Source of the DNA: Selaginella moellendorffii
Lineage: Eukaryota; Plantae; Lycopodiophyta
DNA length: 64,000 nt
Assembly: GCF_000143415.4 (NCBI RefSeq)
Contig: NW_003314308.1
Location: 558,001-622,000, forward strand
Reading direction: 5' to 3'
The notes below the pieces were generated by a model that was given only the letters and a program-made list of their open reading frames with translations, had not been told where the DNA came from and made no database searches. Numbering within the stretch: position 1 is the stretch's first letter; each line of letters starts with the position of its first letter. A program made the position numbers and the translations under genes. Of the stretch, positions 52,501 through 64,000 are shown piece after piece.

Positions 52501-53340
52501 GTCCTTGGTTCGCTAAGGAATGAAGTTCCTGGTTCAAAATGTTGAAATTGAACTGTTTAAGGTGGTGTGGCTTGGTCGTGATGACCAAGTGGGAAGAGCA
52601 CCTAAGGGAAATAAACTATGTCCGTGCGATGGCATAGTGAGTCCGAGGAAAGTAGTCTTTATAAAAGACCCATGGGAGGGTCACGAAGTTGGGCCGTGGA
52701 TAGAGCCCATAACAGAAGATGCTAAAGAGACGTACTAGGGGTGAACATCCTCCGGACTTGGCAAAGAAGAGTCTTTGCTATGGAACCGAAACAATACCTC
52801 AAGGAGGGAGGTAGAGATTCGATGTTGCTTGGTGCAACAATCAACGGATAGGAGCAAAAGATGAGTGGCCAAGATAGGGCCGTGGAATCCCTTGGAAGGA
52901 ATCCAAGTGACAAAGTTAGGCGAGGAACACTAATGTGTTGGACGCTAACAAGTTGCGGGAAAGGAAGTGTGTTTCCAAGGAGGGATTCCGAAATGCTCCG
53001 ATTTGGCGAAAGTGGAAGCTCCAAGGGAGGGAGCGGTAAGGTAGCCAAATGATAGGGCCATGAACAGCCCTAGCACAAAGTATGATAACTGGAACTTTGG
53101 CACGAAATAGAAGAGAGGATGATGGTGCCCTCGAGTAGAGAACTTCCTAGGATGGGAAGTGGAGTTGCACAAAAGGTGCAAGGCAAGGTGTCGGAGACAC
53201 CTAGAAAATTGACTCCAAGAAGTCAAAATTCAAAGTTCCAAAGTGCAAAGGTTATATCGATGGAAATTGAGACTACTCGAGAAGGAGTAGTGGGATTGAC
53301 TTAGAGAAGGGTCTCTAAGAGGTTTAGCGAGAACTAAACC

Positions 53341-53371
<31 letters not shown>

Positions 53372-56300
53372 AGAGAACCACTATATGTGGTCCAATCAGT
53401 CTCTAAGTTGGAGAGACTACCTCCTTAGAGGATATGCAAAAGGCATGGTGAGCCTTCAATGTCCAACCATTGACGAATATGGAGAAGGCATGGTGAGCCT
53501 TCAATGTCACACCATTGACAAATATTGGCTACGCGCCAAGGATGGAAATGGTAACACATGCGGGTGTTACTTTATAAAATGGTTCACCGTTCGATGAGGA
53601 CATCGAACTTCGTCTATGGGTGGTGGAGTTGTGAGACACAAAATCCCTAGGCCCCAAAGTGGAGCCGGAAGGGCGCCACATGGTAGTGGCCGAAGTGAGA
53701 GCCAAACGAGCGTAACACGTTTGGACCAAAAGTTCCGACTTGAAAAGTCAAGAGTGGGAGTGGAACTCCCAACGAAGTGCTCGAGGAACGAGCACGAAGC
53801 GAGCAAAAGGCGAGGCTCCAAAAAGGGACCCGAGTTGGAGTCCGAAGTGGAGTCAGAGGTGGACCCGAGATGGACCCAAGTTGGAGTCCGAAGTGGAGTC
53901 CGAGATGGACCCGAGATGGAGTCCGAGATGGAGTCCGAGGTGGACCCAAGATGGACCCGACATGGAGTCCGAGATGGAGTCCGAGATGGACCCGAGATGG
54001 AGTCCGAGATGGAGTCCGAGATGGACCTGAGATGGAGTCCGAGATGGAGTCCGAGATGGAGTCCGAGATGGAGTCCGAGGTGGACCCGAGGTGGACCCGA
54101 AATGGAGTCCGAGATGGACCCGAGATGGAGTCCGAGATGGAGTCCGAGATGGAGTCCGAGATGGAGTCCGAGATGGAGTCCGAAGTCGAGACCGAGACCG
54201 GGACCGAGACCGAGACCGAGATCGAGACCGAGATCGGGACCGAGACCGAGACCGAGGCCGAGGCCGAGACCGAGCCCGAGCCCGAGTCCGAGTCCGAATC
54301 CGAATCCGAGTCCGAGTCCGAGTCCGGAGCCTGAGAGGGTGAAAGCCCAAAGCATTCGTCTCCCAGACCCTGGGGGGTTTGGTGAGCTCCAAAAGTATAG
54401 TAGGGGGAGGACTGCAGTGGAGCCAGTTTGGCCAGGAAAGGCCAGTTTGGCCCAGGAAGGCCGGACCCAGTGTTGGGTGATGAGCTGCCCACTGGGAAGT
54501 CCAAGACTAGAGTGAACACGGACCGACAAGTGGGGTAGCTTGGTGAAGTGTTCAAGAGCCGGCTCTAGTTCCCCCGGGAGATCGACTGGCCGATGCTCCC
54601 AGTCCAAGTGTGGGTGGCACTACCTACTTGGATACCTGGTGTGGCTCAACGGAACCTCGCTCTAAGCCCATGGCTAGAGCACCTAAAGACGAAAGGCGGG
54701 GAGAGTACCCACGAGGCTTGCGTAAGGCCACGGTGTTTCGAAATGGTGTCCCAAAGTCCCAGACTGTGGAAAGGAAGAGGGGTAGCCCTCCGGTGTGGTG
54801 ACCAAGGACACAGTCACATAGTGAGGAAGTCCTAGAGGATAGTGGGACTTAGTGGTCGGGCCGGTGGGCCTCGATCTAGTGGCAGTGTTGGCGAACACAG
54901 CCAAGGACAGAAAGGGACTTGGTGGGGACCGGAACAGAGATATTGGGGAAGGCTATTCCCCATGTCTGTAGGTATCCTAAGGATGTTAAGGAGTGGATCT
55001 GGGATGACCACTCATGGACGGATGACCCAGTCTTTGAGAGACGGGATTGGAATGTAGGTGGTGTTGGACCACCAGTGTGACCAAGGTAAATGGGCATGGC
55101 CTTAGCGTAACGGGCCGATATGTCGGTGGCACCTTGGGGTGTCGATCATGGGATCGGACACGTGGAGCACTTGGACCAAGTGCTAAGGTTGAGTGGCATG
55201 GATGCCATTCTCGGGGCTAGCAAGCCCCAAGTCTTGAGTTGGGCTTATGGAGGTTGTGAATGAGACTCCTCCAAGTGGTCGGAGGTGTGGTTAAGTGACT
55301 AAAGTAGAATGGAAAAATTTAGTCGCTTACAATTTGGTATCGGAGCTGTTCCTTAGTCTAACTTTTATTGGTGCTCAAGTATATCACCACTGGTGTTGGC
55401 AACGGAAGGTCTGAGAAGTGGGCCTACCCTTGAGGAGTAGCAGGTCGGGAAGATATGGCTCTCCATTACAGTTCATGTGTGAACTTGTAGACAAGGTGGT
55501 GGATAGAAAAGGGCCAATAATAGAACGACTTTGGGATCTTGGGAACAGTATATGGTTTTCCTCAAAGAGTTGAGGATGTGATCCAGATGAGCGTTTGACT
55601 TAGCAAACTGGCTAATGTAGTTGTGGTAAACAACTACAGTTGGGATCACGGGAAAGATAAAGACTCCAAAGCAATAAAGGAGTCACAAGATTTTCCTCAT
55701 ATAGTTGAGGTTGGTCCTCATGAATGTGAGACCAGAAGTAATGACCGTGGGAGGTCAAATACAGAAGAGGACTCAAGTCCTTGAAAAGGTGGCCGGGGCT
55801 ACCTCTAATAAATGCTGGAACAACCCAAGGAGTTGGGGGTGTATTAAGTGGATGAGTTAGTGTTCTCATCACATGGACAAGTAGTCCTAAGGGGCAAAGG
55901 TTGCCCCCAGAGAACAAAATCAAGTGTCGGAATAACACTTGTGAAAATAGTCCTTTTGAGTAGGACAGGAATGCAAGAAGTGTATTCCAGTGAGCTAGTG
56001 CCTCACAAGTAGGACCTTACGGGTCTGTGGATTAACCAAGTCCAAAACTGCTGGATGACTCAAGTAGAGTCAACGGATGGTCCTAAAAGGACTGATGGAA
56101 GCATTTGGACTGAGGTGTGTTGTACCCCACAAAGGATGGGGGGGGATCATAGGATCCAAGGATGAGAACAGAGGGTATCTCATCGATGGCAAAATGTGCC
56201 ATGCTAAAGTTATAGGAAAGGTGTTCCCAGAAGAAAACAACTTTGACATAAAGTTGTGTGTGACCTCTATGGTGTAGTGCTAACGGATGGTTGGCATGAG

Positions 56301-59164
56301 AAAGAGCGGTGTTGGTCTTGGCAAAGACTTAGACACGAAGGGGAAATGTCATAGAGGTAGGCTCGTGGAGCCGATGGTGTGGAGACACCAAATGTGCCAA
56401 GGTGTGATACCTTGAGGCTATGTTGGTGGGTTCATGAGAACCCCTTGCCAAAGGAATCCCAATGGAAATGGGAATAGCATAGCCTAAGCTGCAGAGCATG
56501 CAGTTGGAGTGTGGTGACCCAGATAATGATGGAGGTGTGAAAGCACCAAGCAATGAGTTGTAGGACTTGACAACTATGAGGCAACTAAGCAAGAGATGCA
56601 AAATAACTGGTTAAACGGGTAAAAGGTAGCTACCCAAGACTTTTTAATAGCATAGGGAAGTTGGATATACCCTTACGGGGGATAAGTTGCTTGTGTTGCG
56701 ATATAGTAAGTCAATGTCATAAAAGGAAATACTCATTGTCAAGAAAGCCATCATTGGGACACCCGAACACTCTAGGACACCAGAAGGTGGTGTTTGATGT
56801 CGCGAGGGCAATGGATAAAGCCCAAGGGACTAAGTCCCTAGCGAATGATGGATAGAAGGTGCTATCCAAATGTCCAAGGTTGCGGAGACAGGAGAGGACT
56901 GTTTACCCAAGTTGGACAAAGCCAAAAATGGAATTTTGGCAAAGGCTAGGGATGGGCATATAAAGGCCCATAAGCAACAATGTAATCCCAGTGTGTGGGA
57001 TTATAAGGTGAGCATACCCGGATTGAGGAACCACTCCCTAGGCTATTGGGTAGGTTCATCCCTAAGAATACTTGCTAAAGCATGATAGAAAGTGCAAAGC
57101 TATCCTCCTGGTCTGGAGGAGAATGACTAAAGGAAAGGTGTGAAGCCAAAAAGCAAGAAGTAAGGGGATAGAACCGAACCGTAGGAATCAAAGGGCATAA
57201 CCAAGGTTGGTTATGCCAGCTGGGAGTGGAGAATCAAGTGGGGGCTCGAGGGTGTTGCCGCTAGCAACCGTGATGCCATGGAGAGTCTAAAATATGGAAT
57301 TGTCCATGTTAGACTATGTGGCATTTGGAAGGCTTGCAAAAAGGGAGGCCTTAGCAAGCTGAGGGACAGAGTTCCTTCAAGGTTCCCAAAGACGATTCTA
57401 GGTAGCTTAGTACCTAGAAAGGCCAAGTGTAAATGGTTCATGGAACGCGCGAAATCAGAGTGGCGCAGCAGAAGCGTGGTCTTGAAGCTTGCCATGAGGC
57501 AAGGCTATCAAGGTTAGGGAAGTAGTTCCCGAGTGTTCAAGGAGAGGGCTTTGAACGAAAGTCGATGGTCAAGGACTTTCACGCTTATGCAGGAACCATG
57601 TTACAGTGGTCGGAGGACTTGCCAAGCGAGATTGGCACGTCGGGGGAACAAATACCCTAGTTGAAGGTGATAACTTCAAAAAGGGTGGGCCATGGGGCCG
57701 AGCATGGAGGAGTCCATGCATAATCACAGACTTGTCAAGTGAGAGGACTTGGCAGTGTGGAGGAACTAGGTTCCTAAGCTGTGATCTGTAGCGCGCTTTA
57801 AAAATAAGTTGGTGCACCGGCGTGGGGAGTCACGCCAGGCATCTTGTGTGATGCCGTCCGTAGATGCATATACGGAGGTTGGGTTCGAGTCCCGACCCTC
57901 TAGTGCTTGGGTTCGAGTCCCAAATCACTAGGGCGTGGTGATGGTTTGGAATATGAGGACACTCATATTTTGGTGGTCATGGACTCTCAGTGGGGAGACT
58001 GGTTTGGGCACACCGCCAAGCGAGGGATGCCTCGGAGTCGTGATGCACGGTTAGATTGCTTAGTGTGAAAGCTCGGCATATCTAACTTGAACGCTTTGGT
58101 GCGAGTGGCACCAAGGTCGTGGTGAGTGAGATGGGGACACCTAATCTCAGTTGCTATGGACCCTTGGCCGTAAGGGCTAGCTTGGGTGCACCGCCAAGTG
58201 TGGGGGATGCCCTCGGGGTTATAAGCAACAACTTGGAGGTCTAGAAGACCAAGTACCTCTTGGCAACTCTGTTAAGGTGCCAAGGTGAAATCACTAGGTG
58301 ATCTTATGGCCAGATAAGGACAAGGTCCTTGGTTCGCTAAGGAATGAAGTTCCTGGTTCAAAATGTTGAAATTGAACTGTTTAAGGTGGTGTGGCTTGGT
58401 CGTGATGACCAAGTGGGAAGAGCACCTAAGGGAAATAAACTATGTCCGTGCGATGGCATAGTGAGTCCGAGGAAAGTAGTCTTTATAAAAGACCCATGGG
58501 AGGGTCACGAAGTTGGGCCGTGGATAGAGCCCATAACAGAAGATGCTAAAGAGACGTACTAGGGGTGAACATCCTCCGGACTTGGCAAAGAAGAGTCTTT
58601 GCTATGGAACCGAAACAATACCTCAAGGAGGGAGGTAGAGATTCGATGTTGCTTGGTGCAACAATCAACGGATAGGAGCAAAAGATGAGTGGCCAAGATA
58701 GGGCCGTGGAATCCCTTGGAAGGAATCCAAGTGACAAAGTTAGGCGAGGAACACTAATGTGTTGGACGCTAACAAGTTGCGGGAAAGGAAGTGTGTTTCC
58801 AAGGAGGGATTCCGAAATGCTCCGATTTGGCGAAAGTGGAAGCTCCAAAGGAGGGAGCGGTAAGGTAGCCAAATGATAGGGCCATGAACAGCCCTAGCAC
58901 AAAGTATGATAACTGGAACTTTGGCACAAAATAGAAGAGAGGATGATGGTGCCCTCGAGTAGAGAACTTCCTAGGATGGGAAGTGGAGTTGCACAAAAGG
59001 TGCAAGGCAAGGTGTCGGAGACACCTAGGAAATTGACTCCAAGAAGTCAAAATTCAAAGTTCCAAAGTGCAAAGGTTATATCGATGGAAATTGAGACTAC
59101 TCGAGAAGGAGTAGTGGGATTGACTTAGAGAAGGGTCTCTAAGAGGTTTAGCGAGAACTAAACC

Positions 59165-59195
<31 letters not shown>

Positions 59196-61655
59196 AGAGA
59201 ACCACTATATGTGGTCCAATCAGTCTCTAAGTTGGAGAGACTACCTCCTTAGAGGATATGCAAAAGGCATGGTGAGCCTTCAATGTCCAACCATTGACGA
59301 ATATGGAGAAGGCATGGTGAGCCTTCAATGTCACACCATTGACAAATATTGGCTACGCGCCAAGGATGGAAATGGTAACACATGCGGGTGTTACTTTATA
59401 AAATGGTTCACCGTTCGATGAGGACATCGAACTTCGTCTATGGGTGGTGGAGTTGTGAGACACAAAATCCCTAGGCCCCAAAGTGGAGCCGGAAGGGCGC
59501 CACATGGTAGTGGCCGAAGTGAGAGCCAAACGAGCGTAACACGTTTGGACCAAAAGTTCCGACTTGAAAAGTCAAGAGTGGGAGTGGAACTCCCAACGAA
59601 GTGCTCGAGGAACGAGCACGAAGCGAGCAAAAGGCGAGGCTCCAAAAAGGGACCCGAGTTGGAGTCCGAAGTGGAGTCAGAGGTGGACCCGAGATGGACC
59701 CAAGTTGGAGTCCGAAGTGGAGTCCGAGATGGACCCGAGATGGAGTCCGAGATGGAGTCCGAGGTGGACCCAAGATGGACCCGACATGGAGTCCGAGATG
59801 GAGTCCGAGATGGACCCGAGATGGAGTCCGAGATGGAGTCCGAGATGGACCTGAGATGGAGTCCGAGATGGAGTCCGAGATGGAGTCCGAGATGGAGTCC
59901 GAGGTGGACCCGAGGTGGACCCGAAATGGAGTCCGAGATGGACCCGAGATGGAGTCCGAGATGGAGTCCGAGATGGAGTCCGAGATGGAGTCCGAAGTCG
60001 AGACCGAGACCGGGACCGAGACCGAGACCGAGATCGAGACCGAGATCGGGACCGAGACCGAGACCGAGGCCGAGGCCGAGACCGAGCCCGAGCCCGAGTC
60101 CGAGTCCGAATCCGAATCCGAGTCCGAGTCCGAGTCCGGAGCCTGAGAGGGTGAAAGCCCAAAGCATTCGTCTCCCAGACCCTGGGGGGTTTGGTGAGCT
60201 CCAAAAGTATAGTAGGGGGAGGACTGCAGTGGAGCCAGTTTGGCCAGGAAAGGCCAGTTTGGCCCAGGAAGGCCGGACCCAGTGTTGGGTGATGAGCTGC
60301 CCACTGGGAAGTCCAAGACTAGAGTGAACACGGACCGACAAGTGGGGTAGCTTGGTGAAGTGTTCAAGAGCCGGCTCTAGTTCCCCCGGGAGATCGACTG
60401 GCCGATGCTCCCAGTCCAAGTGTGGGTGGCACTACCTACTTGGATACCTGGTGTGGCTCAACGGAACCTCGCTCTAAGCCCATGGCTAGAGCACCTAAAG
60501 ACGAAAGGCGGGGAGAGTACCCACGAGGCTTGCGTAAGGCCACGGTGTTTCGAAATGGTGTCCCAAAGTCCCAGACTGTGGAAAGGAAGAGGGGTAGCCC
60601 TCCGGTGTGGTGACCAAGGACACAGTCACATAGTGAGGAAGTCCTAGAGGATAGTGGGACTTAGTGGTCGGGCCGGTGGGCCTCGATCTAGTGGCAGTGT
60701 TGGCGAACACAGCCAAGGACAGAAAGGGACTTGGTGGGGACCGGAACAGAGATATTGGGGAAGGCTATTCCCCATGTCTGTAGGTATCCTAAGGATGTTA
60801 AGGAGTGGATCTGGGATGACCACTCATGGACGGATGACCCAGTCTTTGAGAGACGGGATTGGAATGTAGGTGGTGTTGGACCACCAGTGTGACCAAGGTA
60901 AATGGGCATGGCCTTAGCGTAACGGGCCGATATGTCGGTGGCACCTTGGGGTGTCGATCATGGGATCGGACACGTGGAGCACTTGGACCAAGTGCTAAGG
61001 TTGAGTGGCATGGATGCCATTCTCGGGGCTAGCAAGCCCCAAGTCTTGAGTTGGGCTTATGGAGGTTGTGAATGAGACTCCTCCAAGTGGTCGGAGGTGT
61101 GGTTAAGTGACTAAAGTAGAATGGAAAAATTTAGTCGCTTACAGTCGAGTCCAAGATGGACCTGAGATAGAGTCTAAGGTCGAGGCTGAGAAAGAGACCG
61201 AGACCAAGACCAAGACCAAGAGTGAGATGAGATAGAGACAGAGACCAAGACCGAGATCAAGACCAAGTCTGAGTCCAAATTTGAGTCCGAGTCCGAACTC
61301 AAGTCTGAGTCTGAGGGTAAAAGCCCAAAGCGTTCATCTCCCAAACCTTGGGGGGTTTGGTGAGCTCCAAAAGTATAGTAAGGGGAGGACTCTAATGGAG
61401 CTAATTTGGCCAGGAAAGGCTAGTGTGACCAAGGAAGGCTATACCCATGTGTTGGGTGATGATATATCCACTGAGTCCAAGGCTAAAGTGAATACAAATA
61501 GATAAATAAGGTAGTTTGGTGAAGTGTTCAAAAACTAACTTTAGCTCTCTTAAAAGATTAAATGGTTGATGCTCCTAGTCCAAGTGTGGGTGGCACTACT
61601 TACTTAGATACCTGGTGTGGCTCAACGAAATCTTTCTCTAGCCCCATGGCTATAG

Positions 61656-62249
61656 TGTAAGCTCATGAGTTTGGACTTCCCGGGAGGTCACCCAGCCCAG
61701 TACTATTCAAACCCAAGGATGCTTAACCCCAAATATCCCAAGACCCTTAACCAATTGGAAAAAGGGGGTGCACTCTTGTTCATGGGCCCTTTCCCTCTAT
61801 ATTTGAACCCCATGGACCGTCTCTCGAATCGTTCCCTTTGGTTGCTTACAATCCACCACGCTTCCCTGCAAGTTCACGCCCTCGTGAACGGAAGCTGAGA
61901 GCCGCAGCTCTCCCGAGAGCCTTGCTCTCTTGACACTCTACCCCTTGGGTCGAGCCCAGCAGGAGCAAATTGGACCAGCCAGATGTCAATCAACATGTGG
62001 TGCAATTCCCCTAGCCAACCAGCAGAGTCGGACCCGAGACCGCTCTGATACCAAATGTAAGCTCCTGAGTTTGGACTTCCCGGGAGGTCACCCAGCCCAG
62101 TACTATTCAAACCCAAGGACGCTTAACCCCAAATATCCCAAGACCCTTAACCAATTGGAAAAGGGGGTGCACTTTTGTTCATGGGCCCTTTCCCTCTATA
62201 TTTGAACCCCATGGACCGTCTCTCGAATTGTTCCCTTTGGTTGCTTACA
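61656..62249 (-). mobile_element. Cassandra TRIM (5S rRNA-derived segment in the LTRs), 594 bp; TSD TATAG
   Basis: LTRs at 61656-61850 and 62056-62249 with TGTAAGC...GCTTACA ends. Minus-strand PBS TGGTATCAGAGC at 62053-62042, and a PPT. The LTR reverse complement contains GGTTAAGCGTCCTTGGGTTTGAATAGTACTGGGCTGGGTGACCTCCCGGGAAGTCC, the 5S box A to box C region. TATAG flanks both sides. Confidence 0.95.
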
Positions 62250-62561
62250 TATAGCACCTAAAGGTGAAAGTGGGGAGAGTACCCATGAGGCTCGTGTAGG
62301 GCCATGGTGTTTCGAAATATCGTCTCAAAATCCCAGACTGTGGAAAGGAAGAGAAGCAATCCTCTAGTATAGTGACCAAAGGTACGGTCACATGATAAGA
62401 AAGTCTTAGAAAATAGTGGGACTTAGTGGTTAGGCCTTTGGACCTTGGCCCAGTGGCAGTGTTGGCGAGTATGGTTATGGATGAAGAAGGACTTGGTGGG
62501 GACAGAAGAAGGGACATTGGGGAAGGGTGTTCCTTATGTCTCTGGGCATCCTAAGGGTTCT

Positions 62562-63204
62562 TGTAAGCAACCAAAAGGAACGATTTGAGAAATAATCCAT
62601 AAGGTTCAAATATAAAAGGAACGGCCTATTTAAAAGAATGCACCCCGTTTTCCAATCGGTTAAAGGTCTTGGGATATTTAGGGTTAAACATCCTTAGGTT
62701 TGAATAGTATTGGGCTGGGTGACCTCTCGGGAAATTCAAATTCAGGAGTTTACATTTGGTATCAGAGGGGTCTTGGGTCCGACTTTATTGGTTGGTTAGG
62801 GGAATTGCACCACATATTGATTGACATTTGGCAGGTCCAATTTACTCTTGCTGGGCTCGACCCAAGGGGTAGGGTGTCAAGAGAGCGGGGCTCTTAGGAG
62901 AATTGTGGCTCTTAGCTTCTGTTCACAAAGGCATAAACTTGTAAAGAAACATAATGGATTGTAAGCAACCAAAGGAAACGACTTGAGAGATGATCCATAA
63001 GGTTTAAATATAGAGGGAAACGGCCCATGAAAAGAAGTGCACCCCCTTTTCCAATCAGTTAAAGGTTTTGGGATATTTAGGGTTAAACATTCTCAAGAGA
63101 TGATCCATAGGTTTCAAATATAAAGGGAAAGGGTTAAGCGTCCTTGGGTTTAAATAGTACTGGGCTGGATGACCTCCCGAGAAGTTCAAATTCAAAAGCT
63201 TATA
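62562..63204 (+). mobile_element. Second, older Cassandra TRIM in opposite orientation; degenerate TSD GTTCT/ATTCT
   Basis: LTRs at 62562-62754 and 62960-63204; the second has an internal duplication at about 63093-63135. PBS TGGTATCAGAG at 62757. 5S-like segment gggttaagcgtccttggg...gtactgggctggatgacctcccgagaag. Confidence 0.9.
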
Positions 63205-63249
63205 ATTCTAAGGTGTGGTCAAAAGGATGATCATTTATACATGAATGAC

Positions 63250-63800
63250 TCAATCTTTGAGAGACAAAATTATGATGCAGGTGGTCTTGGACTACCAATA
63301 TAACAAGGGTGAATAAATATAGCTTTAGTGTAATGGGCCAATATGTCGATAGTACCTTTAAGTGTCAATTATGGGATTAGATATGTGAAGTATTTGGACC
63401 AAATGCAAAGGGTAATCCAATATAACAAGGGTGAATGAGCATGGCTTTAGTGTAATGGGCCAATATGTTAATAGTATTTTTAGGTGTCAATTATGGAATT
63501 GGATATGTGGAGTATTTAGACCAAATGCAAAGGTTGATGCTATTCACGGGGACTTGCTAGCCCCCAAATCTAGAATAAAACTTATGGTGAAATTCCTCCA
63601 AGGAATCACTTATACACAGATAGCTCAATCTTTGAGAGACAAAATTATGATGCAGGTGGTCTTGGACTACTGATATAACAAGGGTGAATGAGCATGGCCT
63701 TAGTGTAACAGGCCAATATGTTGATAGTACCTTTAGGTGTTAGTTATGGGATTGGATATGCAAAGTATTTGGACCAAATGCAAAGGTTGATGCTATTCAC
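63250..63800 (+). repeat. Local tandem duplications inside the old solo LTR
   Basis: The block ctcaatctttgagagacaaaattatgatgcaggtggtcttggactac occurs at about 63250 and 63624. The block ataacaagggtgaat...gaccaaatgcaaagg occurs three times. Confidence 0.8.
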
Positions 63801-64000
63801 TGGGACTTACTAGCCCCCAAGTCCAGAATAAGACTTATGGAAATTGTGAGTGAGATTCCTCCAAGTGGTCAGAGGTATGGTTAAATGACTAAACTAAAAT
63901 GGAAAATTTAATCGGTTACACATATATCTTAGCAAAGATATTGTCATTATTAAAGAAGTATGGCAAATCAGTACTTCACTATAAAATATGGATTTGCCAA

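Larger units (their letters stand above)
47819..61143 (+). mobile_element. Young non-autonomous Ty3/gypsy-derived tandem element (LTR-internal-LTR-internal-LTR); TSD GTCGA
   Basis: LTRs at 47819-49508, 53630-55331 and 59454-61143 (TG...CA). PBS TGGTATCGGAGC follows LTR A and LTR B; PPT GGGTGGTGGAGT precedes LTR B and LTR C. GTCGA at 47814-47818 and 61144-61148. The 4.1-kb internals have no long ORF but show eroded RNase H-like (CIITDL...FLSC...DAVRR) and integrase-like (CLRW...WEEHL) traces. Confidence 0.93.
47320..63920 (+). mobile_element. Old solo LTR of the minisatellite-LTR family, host of three nested insertions; TSD CATAT
   Basis: Begins TGTGATATAC at 47320 and ends GGTTACA at 63920, flanked by CATAT at 47315-47319 and 63921-63925. 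Segments 47320-47818, 61149-61655, 62255-62561 and 63210-63920 are colinear with the young LTR. Confidence 0.88.

Noticed and set aside
53341-53369. Poly(A) run as the tail of a LINE or SINE insertion
   Set aside because: I found no flanking TSD or LINE ORF. The run is present identically in both internal copies.
61673-61727. 5S rRNA gene
   Set aside because: Only about 55 nt of the internal promoter region is present, embedded in LTRs with PBS, PPT and TSD. It is a Cassandra element, not rDNA.

Overview
Eukaryotic plant genomic DNA from a very compact genome. Introns are about 50-65 bp, some intergenic gaps are only 65-200 bp, and there is a flagellar radial-spoke gene plus PLS-class PPR genes. 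This points to a seed-free plant with swimming sperm, most consistent with the lycophyte Selaginella (inference). The window has three zones. (1) 1-8300 is AT-rich transposon debris and a PPR pseudogene. (2) 8470-44340 is a dense gene block: two tandem CYP71-clan P450s duplicated together with the 3' end of a PPR gene, a PLS-E PPR with an acidic tail, ALKBH1, a coiled-coil gene (possibly CEP131-like), MLO, a P4-ATPase (ALA1-like), organellar MetRS, U1-70K, NADK2, RSP4/6, BAP31-like and EGY1. (3) 44600-64000 is a retrotransposon nest that resolves by target-site duplications. An old Tat-like Ty3/gypsy is interrupted by an old solo LTR (TSD CATAT). That LTR holds a young same-family three-LTR tandem element (TSD GTCGA) and two 5S-rRNA-carrying Cassandra TRIMs (TSDs TATAG and GTTCT/ATTCT). 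Top leads: a duplicated, intact but 55%-identical alternative last exon in NADK2; PBS, PPT and att signals shared by Cassandra and the large non-autonomous LTR element, all inserted in the same LTR; and a candidate poison-exon/5' splice-site cluster in the one long U1-70K intron. All alignments were done by eye.
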